In this document: in pieces, positions 22,101 to 33,341 of the stretch | Position numbering within the stretch: the stretch's first letter is position 1 | How the letters are laid out: each line of letters starts with the position of its first letter | Assembly (NCBI RefSeq): GCF_052425735.1 | Contig: NC_135763.1 | Coordinates: 16,926,001 to 16,990,000, forward strand | Reading direction: 5' to 3' | Length of the DNA stretch: 64,000 bases | DNA from: Oculina patagonica | Taxonomy: Eukaryota | Translations under genes and position numbers: made by a program | The notes under the pieces: model-generated | What the model saw: only the letters and a program-made list of their open reading frames with translations | Databases searched by the model: none | Told to the model about the DNA's origin: nothing

Positions 22101-24446
22101 ACTTGCAATGTGGGCATTCAAGAGGAAAAATTTGTCCCCATAAAAGCCCTTTTCTAAAACAAAACTGCCGTAATGACGTTTATCGGTAAATGGACAGATG
22201 GAGAACTTTGTGGGATCCCGAAAAAGAGAGTGGGTACAAATTCAGTCTCCTAGCTACCAAAGTGTAATATAATATAGACGATTTGAACAGAAGGAATAGA
22301 TGTACACAGGCCAGGCTAACAACCTGACCGCCATTTCTTCGAATGTCCATATTCACCCCCTCCCCCACCTCCTAAAAAAGACAGAAACAACCAAAAAAAC
22401 AATAAACATACTAGTTTTAACCTGATATAAGATGGAAAAACTTGCTCTGATTATTTAATGGTTTCCGACATTTCAGAGCTCAATTTCAGAGCATCAAAAC
22501 CGATTGCATCGCATACATTACACTGCATCCAGTGTATTTCTCTTCAACTATTTAGCAAAAAAATTCAATGGAGAAGTTGAAAAAATTCTCACTTTTACAA
22601 GAAACGTACACTACTTATAAGGCTAAGATCAAGCCCCGGTTGTTCAGAGGGTAGATAACGCCATGCGCTACTTATTCCGACGAAAACAAACATTTGCGGA
22701 GGAAAAGCAAATGAACACGAGTGTGTATAGCTGTGTATAGCTGTGTTGGGCTATGTATAGGCGTGTATAGCTGTGTAGGGCTAGGCTATGTATCCCTTCT
22801 ATGAATATCCCTATATAGGATTTAGTAAAACAACTATATGATGACTACACTACGTACTTGCCCCAGTGAACGCCCGTACCGCTGACTGAAACGGCAGGCT
22901 CAAAGGTAGAAATACAACATGGCGGCTGTTTATTTTCCAGTTAAATTTATTTCATGCAAACTGGCTGAGACAAGTGTCCTTCCGTGAACTTTGAACAGCT
23001 CTTTGAATGACTTTATTGACAACCTGTTTACACCTTTCACGAAGAATGAACCACGATGTATTGGCTAAGTTCATCGCGCCTCAAAGCAACAGTACATGTC
23101 AATTGAGATCGATCGAAGGATCGAAGTGCAGCGAGGAAGAACAAATTCTTCAAAACAAAGCATCTGTGTGTCGATAAGTGGCATGTATGTAGTATTACTT
23201 TCTTGTTTCTTAACTTTGATGTGCCTAAATGTTGAATTGAGCGAGCTTTTGAAGAAAATCTTTCGCTGCTATTTTTACATTTACTATCACAACATTGCCG
23301 AATTATATGGATCTGAAAATGCTCCGAAAAATGCCCTAACTGCCAATCTTCGCCAATATTTTGATTGTTATCTATAGATTTATGCTTGATTAGCTATTTC
23401 GTACCGATTTTATGCCAAATTGAGGCAAATAAATGGCTTCTGTGTTTCGGTGAATTTTGATGAAATAGCAAGAAATCGTTAAGTCACGTGTGTTTAGTTC
23501 CTCAATACTAATAGAATATTAAAGTCCCCAGACATTTTGTGGCATTTTTGTGAAGTTTAATGATGGATTTCATTACCCATGTAAGAATAATGTATATAAG
23601 TTGTTGCTCATGGGAGATATTGGGCACTAGTTAAAGGCTATTTCCAACAGTACGAAATGTGTACCTTCCAAAAGACCGTTTGAGGAGAAGAAATCAAATC
23701 AGACGGTTGAAGTGAATTATTGTACTTAAAGCCTAATAACCACAGAATATAACGCAGTGAATTTTATTTTCAGAAGTCTTTTTTTCTTGTGGAACTGGTC
23801 AATCAAAGTCAGCTAATTAAATATGCATAAATTAGTGAAAAATGGCCATTTTTTCAAAAGGTGCCATAACTTGAAGGGAATAAAATATTTTGAGTTGATG
23901 TTTTGCCACAGTAAATAGCTCACCATACCCAACATTAATGCTAAGTTTGGGCAAAATCGGTGATATGAGCTGTATCACCTGTTGCCTGGTCCTCTTATGG
24001 ACACATTCTTAATAAGCCTGCGAACAAAAGTGTTAAACTGCGAAATTTTTACAGACTTCTGGTTTTTAGCGAATTTTATGCCCAAGAAAATGTACTTCCC
24101 ATGTTAACAGCTGTGTGCATAATCCGCATGCTTCATGAAGAAAATGGAGGGCAGATAAGTCGTCAAGATACAAGCGATCATATTGTGGTTATGGATATAA
24201 TGAATATAACCATTTGTTTTGCAGACAGGCGACTGTAAACATGTACAATAAATTGCAATGTTTTAGGCCCCAAAACGTTAATCTTTGTTGTGTCGTTTGC
24301 GCTCCTTTTCTTTTGTAACCGTCAACGTGTAAGTAAACAATTTTTTCACGAGATTTAATCCAGTTAGCCTCTAGCAAAACCTTACCTCCAAAGACGAGAC
24401 ACAGCAACAAGAGAAGTGCGATAGTTCTGCATCTTGTTGTTTCCAT
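13158..24446 (-). CDS. Pmp-like (GGA[ILV]/FxxN) beta-helix repeat, Cys-rich, multi-pass (~9-10 TM) membrane protein, paralog 2, intact (~1393 aa)
   Basis: Exon 1 24386..24446 encodes METTRCRTIALLLLLCLVFG+G with donor GTAAG. Exon 2 13158..17278 follows a TTCCAG acceptor; the phase-1 join gives GRASIGKNLYISRASG, in frame with the 1365-aa ORF. It has many FxxN..GGA repeats, a CxxCPxGAxC/CPxGYC/CQGNRSGxLCGRC stalk and hydrophobic C-terminal segments. Confidence 0.88.
21176..21352. repeat. Palindromic Penelope-like pLTR remnant containing a minimal hammerhead motif
   Basis: ~80-bp arms form a hairpin. The right arm contains GCACC-CTGAAGA-A-GGC-AGTATT-GCC-GAAA-C-GTC-GGAGC (21263-21300). Confidence 0.65.
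22719..22792. repeat. Degenerate 10-bp minisatellite (GTGTATAGCT)n
   Basis: About 7 visible degenerate copies. Confidence 0.7.
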
Positions 24447-25184
24447 TTTTGAAGTTGATTGTAAGCTGTGCGAATTAAGCTTTGTTTTAAACTAAGCGGA
24501 AGTCGAAACGGAAACGTAATTTGAAAGTGAGGCCGTTACGTCGGAAGATTCATCATACAAGGCTTGGTGTATATAGGTGCAGGTATTTTATTTAAAGTCG
24601 TTGACGTTGGAAGTGGCTGCGAGGGGCTAATTCATAAAAAAAGCACGACTATTTACAATAAAACTACTTGCATTACTAAATGTCTTTTACATTAAAATCA
24701 TTAAAAACATAATTAAAAAAGAGATGCTAAGATAAATATAAAATGAAAATATGAATCCAACACTCCAACATTAAAAATTTAAGTTTGCACTAGAAGCATC
24801 TGGCGTGATGCCATTGTTTCTGGCGAGTGCTGACACGTTAATAAAATTAGTATTATTATTAAAATTATTATTATTGTGCTTTTTGAGTATATTCTGCTGT
24901 TAACAGACTTCAGTTTCAATGAATGGTTGCTCTAGGCTGGAATTATTTGTTTCTTTTACCATGTCATCAAATAATTAAGTGATATATTTTATCAGGCTCG
25001 TGTCTGTGAAGTTATGGCATTCAAATTCAAGATATTTTTATGGGTAAGATAACCTGTCTGTCATGCTTTAAAGAACGAGTTAGAAACTGAAGTGCATATT
25101 GAAGTTATTTCTGCTCAAATGTGAATTGGCCGAAACAATACTCATCACATAGGGCCTCCTTGGCCAGTCTTATTGAATCACCTT

Positions 25185-25385
25185 AATTAATTAAATTAAT
25201 TGACCATATTTTACGAGGGTAGCACGTAACAGTCTACGACTGACAAACCTGTGGCCCTCGGATTCCCAATCGAATTCGAATTTAGCAGTGTTGGTTTTTG
25301 TGGAGGAAGGAGAATCGGAAAACCCGGAGAAAAACCCTTGGAGCAAGGACGAAAACAAACAGCAAACTCGACCCACACATGAACC
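25185..25385 (-). mobile_element. SINE fragment (Nin/Deu-domain-like body), 5'-truncated
   Basis: The plus strand has ...GGAAAACCCGGAGAAAAACCCTTGGAGCAAGG..., resembling the conserved SINE core common in cnidarians (recognised from memory, not searched). There is an AT-rich tail at the left end. Confidence 0.55.
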
Positions 25386-27465
25386 TCACCCTGCTCCCGT
25401 AATTGCTTCTCTTTACAAATATTTTTTCCTGTTCGAGTGAGGGTAAACCACTTTTGGTTTGAGTTATCAGGAGGTTCCAGAAATAGAGATTACACTTAAT
25501 CTAACGCCTAGGGTATAAGTTTAGTATACAGTTCATCATCCTCGCAACCAGAGTCTCTTCGAACGCTCAAATCCAAAATGGCGAACGCCTGAAAAAGGAG
25601 TAGGTTGGTGAAATAATGCAATTTGGAAACATCATACATTACGCTTCTACAGGGAGAAAGTGTTTGTGCAAATTTCAGGTCATTTGAATATGGTAATTTT
25701 CATTCTGTACGCAAACAAACAAGGATGTAGATTGTTCTCATGGCCTACAGTTTGATTCCCACTATTTTTGTCCTGCTTTCTTAGATATTCTCCACCTGAT
25801 CCTCCCCCCATTTGAGGCGACCAGGTTTGTGAATAGTCCAGTTCCTAAGCCACTCACGTCAAATCGAGGAGAAAAATCTTACAATCACAAATAACGTAAA
25901 TTTAGTCAAAAACTAATGCATGGTTTAGTTCTAGCTTTTACTACTTACTTCCAGACACAGCCCTGGTGATATATTTGATATTTTTTTCACTTAGACAGGA
26001 GACTTACAAAATAAACGCGTACTGCTATGATTAATAACGAATGCCGTGGAAATTTTCTGCAATGTGTTTTTGTTCTTCAGCCAACAATTAACTGATCATT
26101 TGAATAAAAAAAATAACGTTCAACTCATACGACTGTTATACACACTAATAAGTCGCACCTTCTGGTCGCACTAATCATATGCGGTTCACCATTGGGAAAC
26201 AAAAAATAGCGCGCGCAATGACAGTTAAAGTAACTTAGGAACAATATAATTAACAAGACATGCGGTTCAATCAATCTGATGATTTTTCAGTTAAAACTGT
26301 TGTTTTATTTGTGAAAACTTACATTTACATTTGCACGTATAAGCACGAGAGATAACAAAATGCTTACAACAACAATAATAATTCTTGATTTACTCTAAAA
26401 CGCTCTTACAGATTTTTCTAAAATTTTGTCAACAGTTAGTCAATCTACTAAACTTTTACATATAAAAAATTAATACCAAGAGTTAATGTAGATTTCGAGA
26501 AAATCAAGCTAGTTTGAAAACAAAAGAAAACTTCAATCGTTGCTATGGTAACCTTTGTGACCTAATGACCAGTAAAAAATAAAACTTTGGTCATATTTGA
26601 TCATTATGGTGTATTTTGGTAAAAATCGAACATTGGCTTCCTACATAATTTTCAATTTCAAAACGACCACCCTAGGGCTATAAAAAACTGCATCAAGCCT
26701 CCTTAAATAATAGTTGCATTAACAAAAATAGCAGTTGTTTACAAGTGTACAGCAACCAAAATAAAGATAGGATTTCTTGTTTACTGCTGTTTATACTTGT
26801 TAAAGTGAATAAAGTTTTAGCTACATGTACTGTCTGACGGAACACTGCAAATAGCATAACAGTAAAAACAACGATAAAACAAGTCCTTACATAAGGCATA
26901 CTACTTTGGAAATAAAAACAGCTTAACTTTGGGTAAAACAGTTAATTTATAATTACAACAAGCAAGTGTTGTTAAATATCAATTATATACATGTATCTCA
27001 TAACGTGATATAGCAACAAGGAAACAAATCTTTAGAACCTTTAATAAAAATCTTTAATATTGACATTAATTGCGAAACATTATACAAAAAATGCAATAAT
27101 TTTCAAAGTTTCTCGAAAGTATCTCAAAAAAATTTGAAGAAAAGAGAAAAATTTCGTCATTCCGTAGAGGACCCTCGGCCACTGCACACTAATGGCTTAC
27201 AGTGTACAATAGCTCAGCCAATCCGATTGCAGTATTTGCATTAGTATACTAGTAGAATAGTCAGCCATGTTCTACTGGAAAACTGCGAATCTTTTTAGTT
27301 CTCCCTTTGTTTCCTAAAACTATGTATTGGTTCTCCCACTGATTTCTATTCGCCGATAGAAAACAGTCGCGCGCTCGCGTAGCTCTTTAAGCGGAAAATT
27401 TTCTTGATTTTTGTCTTCAAAGTGCACAATATTGTAGGTTTTGGACTGCAATCCTTCAGAGTTTC

Positions 27466-27469
<4 letters not shown>

Positions 27470-27501
<32 letters not shown>

Positions 27502-27502
27502 T

Positions 27503-27533
<31 letters not shown>

Positions 27534-27580
27534 GCTATTTGCTCATAGAAAACTTGGGCTCGTAGTCCAATTGTTAAATA
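27470..27580. repeat. Terminal hairpin of a non-autonomous DNA element downstream of GRL-A; decayed homolog downstream of GRL-C (~52700-52800)
   Basis: AACAATTAGACTAC..TTTTCTATGAGC / GCTCATAGAAAA..GTAGTCCAATTGTT palindrome. Confidence 0.55.
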
Positions 27581-27739
27581 TAAAAAAATCGTAAAAAAAC
27601 CCTAAAACTGTATGTCTCAGACTTCATTCCGTTAAAACCACCGATTCCCGCTTCGTTGACTGTTCGCTCCGAAAAAAATTGAGTAGTCTAACTTATCGCT
27701 AATAATATCTTATATATATTACACTTAACACAACTGGCA

Positions 27740-30700
27740 TTATTTTGGCAAGGACAGCATAACAGCAAAGTAAGAAACAATCACTCCAAGAATCTGAAAA
27801 AAAGAAGAAATGTAGAAATTAAAAATATTGTAAAGACCACTTTCCTTATCCTTCTTTCGATTTCATTGCAATAATGAAAAAAAAAAAAACTATTTGCTAT
27901 AAAAGACCAGAAACGTAAAGCGTTATGTTCACAGTTTTTTTGCCAATTCTTTGCAGGTTGCCGATCAGCACTTTACTTGTAAATTCACGTAGATGCTGCT
28001 AGCCCATCTTTGTTCACAAGAAGCCCCATACACTTTCTGTAATGCGCACTGTACTTACCCATTCAAAATTAAATTAAAAATAGAGTAATGGCCACTTTTT
28101 TTATCTTTCCAATTTTAGTTTATTGCCATAATGGGAAGAAAAAACAAGTAAACAATTTGCCGTAAAATTAAAAAAAACGTCTAAGACTGGCTTTCACTGG
28201 GCGGTATATAAGCACGAGCACAAACATAAGCATAGCATAAGAATCAGCGTACAAGTCTTATTCTTCTTATGCCGTCTTCCCCAATTATAAGAATAAGCAC
28301 AAGAATGAACAGTTTTGTTTTCTTGTGCTAAAAAACTGTCAAAATGTTCCTTTCTGGTCCTTCCTCGCTGCTGTTTTATTCAGACTTATTTTTATAATTG
28401 TATTTAGTTTTGTTGTTCGTGTGTTTCTTTGCAGTTTATATTATGTCAGTGAAAATGGATTAAATTAAATTAAAATTTATCAATATGATTGAAGATAGGA
28501 AAGGAGATTGAAATCATTGAATTGTACTCATCTCTTGCTTGCATTTTCCTCGCCCTGGTAGGGTCCAGAAAATACTACGAAATACTAAAATATCCGCGCC
28601 TCTTACATGTATCTGTCAAACTATCAAATAAGGTGCATGAGTGCTGGCAGCACAAGAAAAAATAATTAAAATGCGTTTATGTACCTAGATAAGAAAGGAG
28701 ACTAAATCAACAGCTTTACCGTTAAAGACATGGACTTGGTAATCACGACCAATCCCCCAATAGAGAGACCCTTTGGGTTGCCTTGAAGGTCCTGCACAAA
28801 CATCACTAACTGAAATTAGATTACAAAGAAAAGTCAAATGAAGCTAGTTTGTCGAGTAGACATGGGATTTTATTTATTCATTTGTTGATTGATTGATTGA
28901 TTTGTTTATTTCTTTAACTTGTTTCTTGCTAATTTAATTATTTTTGTGGAAGGAGGTGTTTGGATATGATATGGGTATTGAAATTATTATTCAAAATGTT
29001 GGAAGTTTTTTTTAAGGATAGTTGTATTGCGAGTTTTGCGACGTCATTTAAACATTCTGTTTCTTTATTGTTTGAGTAGTCTTCTAGCACTCTGTGGAGA
29101 TTTACAGGTTTCAATTGCTTGGGCAATTGCTTGCTTTTTAAACAAGAGACAATACCTGTATAGCAGTAAACAACTTTCCTTCTTCTTCCTTTGAAACAAG
29201 AGTTTGTAAGATATTTTGAATGCCATTAATCTGAAACAGCAATGTACGTGATAAATATAAAGATCCAGATGTGTCGGCTAAGCCCTGTATATGGCCTGGG
29301 GGAGGTACTAAAATTATAGTAGTTACGGTAGAATTAGGATTTCTAGAACCTCCATAGCCTGCGTAGCAGGCGTCGAAAGGGGAGGGTGGGGGTGTTGGGA
29401 AGAGAGAGAACGAGGGAAAAACGGAGGGGGAGGGGGGGCGGGGGAAGGGAAGGTTCCTTCCCCTTCCCCTTCTTTTCCCCCTCCCCCTTTTCCTCCCCTT
29501 TTTACGCCTGCCACGCAGGCTAGAACCTCCAAGTTTCAACTGAGTGACGCAAATCCAAGGGAAATGACTCTGTAGTTCGATTTATCGGGAATTTCGAGAA
29601 AAAGAGGCTTTGAGAAATCTTGTTAGAACTGTATATGGTGTGTGAAGCAAGATCGGCAGAGATGTTTATTTCAGCGGGATTTACGTGCCAATTGTGACGT
29701 CATTACTAGTCGGAAAGGCGTCATACATTTTAAAAAGTCCGCCATTTTGAGAAAAAATGAAAACAGTGGATGCAAAAATGGCACATGGAATACGAGAGTT
29801 TGAAAAAACTTAGAATTCACTTGACGTTTCATATGCTATAAAATTGAAAAATTTAACCATGCGGAGTCTCTGTCATGTTAACGTTTGCTGTCGCACTTTG
29901 CATTTTGTTTCTTCCATTTTGGGTTTTTAAACATTCAAAAAAATCTACAGTTGATTTGAAAAAAATCAAGAAAATGTTAAGATTGAACAAGCCCTTTAAA
30001 ACAACCAAAATCTCGCTAAAAAATCTTGAAAATTAAACAGCCTTTGAAAACTAGGTTGCCATAGAAACGTTAAGTCACCTGGGCAACTAATTAACACAGC
30101 AAAGTATTCCTTGATTATTTTATTGGAGCATAAGTCACGAAATTTGTCAGCTAAAATGATTCTTTTTTCACTAAGATGTTTGAAATCAGCGCAATATTTT
30201 AACTTATCACAAAGAAAGGAATATTTATAAAACAAAACAAGTAAATAGCAGACACATCGAAAAAAGATATGAAACATTAAAATCGTTCTGCCACTTACCT
30301 TTTCGAAGACTTTGGATCCAAAGAACATGATCATTGCTAACATATTAGCAGCAGTTACAAGCCAGAACAAATTGTTTCCAAGAAACACAAATTTGCGTTC
30401 TTCGGGTAAGTTAATAGCTTTGTAGAAATTGAAACATATCGATGGAATGTACAAAGAAACCATTCCAAGTAGAAGAGGACCAAGCATCTTGTCAGCAAGC
30501 TCGACTACTTCACATAGTCTGTGATGTTCCATCTTGAGAATTCTTATGTCCAACGACTGCAATGATGACATTCGTTTATGCAAATCATCGAACAATTCCT
30601 CCAGCATCAAGCATGTAAGACAGAAAAAGAGAACTGGAAGCAACCACACACCCATTCCATAAATAGAAAAGACTAGGGCAAGTATTCTAAAGCCAAACCA

Positions 30701-31297
30701 CTGTTTCCACGGTTCGGGACCTGCTATGTTCATGTCCGACACTAGATTCGTAATCATGACAGCGACTGATGTACTAACGATGAAGAACGAAAATATAATT
30801 ATGCCTTTCTTTGACTTACGTTTGACCTTTTCTAAATTAACATTGCTCTCGATGGCGATTAAATTACCAAGAAAACTTTGGAATCGAGATTTTCCCGTAT
30901 CTGCAAAAGGCACGCACAGAACAATCAAAGAAACCGTGCCACTCATTGCGATTAAAAGACACCACAAGCTAAACATTACAAAGAGGTAGATGTTATCTGC
31001 TACGAAAACATCGACAAAGGACATAATAAAATTCAACCAGCAACCAAAAATGACAACACCACAATAAAAGCGCTCAAGATAAACCAGTTTCTTGAACCGA
31101 CCAGAAGCATGTGTCAAACGTTTTAGGTTTGTATCTCCAAAGAACGTTCCAAATATCTTCATCAGTTTTAGCACCGGACTGTATACTCCATCAACGTCTG
31201 TTAGCAGCTGTTCGTTGACATTTTCTTGATTTGAAATCGTGTCATCGGCCATTGGAACACCGTTCGTCGTAGCTTGAACTGAATTCGAAGACGGCAT
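27740..31297 (-). CDS. Gustatory receptor-like (GRL / 7TM ion channel superfamily) protein, copy A (~405 aa)
   Basis: Exons 30299..31297, 29156..29230 (INGIQNILQTLVSKEEEGKLFTAIQ), 28720..28809 (LVMFVQDLQGNPKGLSIGGLVVITKSMSLT) and 27740..27793 (ILGVIVSYFAVMLSLPK*). All introns are GT-AG and phase 0. It has the HHRLCEVVELADKMLG motif and a TM7 SYxxxxxS motif like the Gr TYxxxxxQF. Confidence 0.85.
29355..29522. mobile_element. MITE with TAGCCTGCGT.GCAGGCGT TIRs and a 9-bp TSD
   Basis: TIRs TAGCCTGCGTAGCAGGCG / CGCCTGCCACGCAGGCTA. GAACCTCCA is duplicated at 29346-29354 and 29523-29531. The interior is a purine arm facing a pyrimidine arm. Confidence 0.85.
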
Positions 31298-33341
31298 TTC
31301 GTTATCTCTGCGTACGCTGGAAGGTTCGTTAGTTGTTACTCTGGGAGGCAGGTTTTGACCGCTCCGAAAATGAAAACGTATAGAAAGTCAAGTAAAAAAC
31401 ACTTTTTAAAATTAATTACAGTACTTTGTAATGTGCTTTTATTTTTTTCCGGCTAATAGCGTATGGAGTCATGTGAGTTCGTGTTGTTATTTATAATTTT
31501 AAATTCATTTTCTACCACAGATAAATTTTAATCAAGATATAATAAGATTCTGTTTGCTAAGTTGCATATAACATGTACTAAATAACTAGGAGTCGAAATG
31601 AGGTTTAATAATTGCATTTGTATTTTAAGGTGTCGTTGAAGTAATGAAAGAAATTCTAATAATTTCTTCACCAGCATCAAATCTTAAAAAATACCTTTTA
31701 GGAAAAGAGTTAACATCAAAAAAAAAAACAAACAAAGCCACACTGAGCAGATGGCAAATAAAAAAAATCTATTGTTCTCTTTGAAGTGGTTCCAACCTAT
31801 CTGCTTCTTACTCTCACTCAGCAAATAAAACAAGATGTCGTACTTTAACACCCGCCGAAATTTATTTTAAAGTTTTCATTTTTCTCCTTAAAATAAATGC
31901 GTATATTTTAAGAGCGAAGTAATTATTATTTTTGGGACCACTCACGGATTATTTTCATTCAGTACTGAATATCAATAAACCTTATCACGCGATGTGTTTT
32001 TGTATACCTTTGTTTGATGTAATGAAAATTGAAATCAAATATTAAAAAGCTGTCATGATGAGCTTGCAGCTGATTTTGAAACAAACGAGTGGTTTCAACA
32101 GTGTTGTTCGCAGCACCTCTGTCACTTCATCGATATAAATCCTTAAACGCGAAGGCGCACTATGAAGGGACTTGGCTCCCCTCCCATCTAACTTGCATTG
32201 TTGGTTTTGCGAGTGGAAACAAAAGGCTTGAAAAATTATTTGTTACTCTACAAATTTCATAAAAGTTTACATTTTTGCGAATTCCATCGTTTTTTAGCTC
32301 AGTAACATAAACATTTACCCTACCCAATACATTTATCATGCATGCAGTTCTTTGTTAACAGAAAACAGTAACCGGAATTGAACAATGCAGAAACAGTCAA
32401 TATTTTCGTCTTTCGGGTCCAAAATACGGAAACTCGAGAAGAAATCTTGAATTTTTGGCAGTTTAACCGCGTTTTTTTTTCAAGAACGAAATGGTTTATC
32501 CTCACGCCACTTCTCAACGCCCACCCTCCTTCATAATTGTTTGCCACAAGCAAAGGTGTTAGCAGATGGCAAATGTGACAACAGGGACTTAGGCGAGAAC
32601 TGTTGGGTCGATTTCATTTTAGGGATACTTGAAATTTTCTTTACTATGAATCTCTTTTCTACAGAGAAAAATTCATGCTACTACCCAGGATCCAACCCAG
32701 AACCTCTCGTCTGCTGGTATCCCTTTTTACCACTACACACCAGGTTGATCCACCAAACGCCCGAAACTCTAATTATATAACTTTATAAGGTACCTTTTAC
32801 ATCTGACCCTATCCCTAGGCCTACCCCTAACACGAGCAAATCTAAATCTGGAGTACATATGGTTACCAACGATGATATCGGCCGTCTTATTATGGGAAAT
32901 CAGCATCAACTACACCTTTGATAATAACCTGCTCAGTGAGTGTTGCTTTTGTCCCATTAAGTTTAATTCAAGCACAAGTTACCTATCGCTTTTAATGATG
33001 CATAAGCATTAAAGAAAACAAAAAACCAACAATGAATTTTAATAAGTAGCAGTTTTCATTTATTAAAATTGCCGTTGAATGTAACTACACAGCACCCAAA
33101 CTTTGGGGGTGCAATAGTAAATTTATAGTTACAATATTATAAAGATGTGTTATTTAATATATATTCTATTTTACACGTGTGTCGCAAAGTGATATAGCAA
33201 ACGGCAAACAAAGCTTTATTTTTTTATATGTTTATATTTTAAGGACCCTTGTCCGCCTCCGCCATTTTCGATGACATCAAAATTATGAAAACTGTATGGT
33301 GAAGCGAAGTCTTATTGCATTGCTGTAAGTTGTGCTACTGG

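Larger units (their letters stand above)
19525..24008. mobile_element. Foldback-type non-autonomous DNA transposon with ~1.15-kb TIRs and TTAA flanks (Kolobok-like RR..YY termini)
   Basis: Arm 19525-20681 is the near-exact reverse complement of 22862-24008. TTAA sits immediately outside both ends (19521-24, 24009-12). No transposase ORF is present inside. Confidence 0.85.

Noticed and set aside
20254-23377. Short ORFs in the foldback arms as a transposase
   Set aside because: They are under 100 aa with no DDE or DNA-binding motifs, and simply mirror each other.
29138-29539. 133-aa Arg/Pro-rich ORF
   Set aside because: It is a low-complexity MITE fused in frame to GRL-A exon 2.
29996-30298. 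C-terminal 100 aa of the 433-aa ORF
   Set aside because: This is intron read-through beyond the conserved EK|GT donor and is not conserved in the paralogs.
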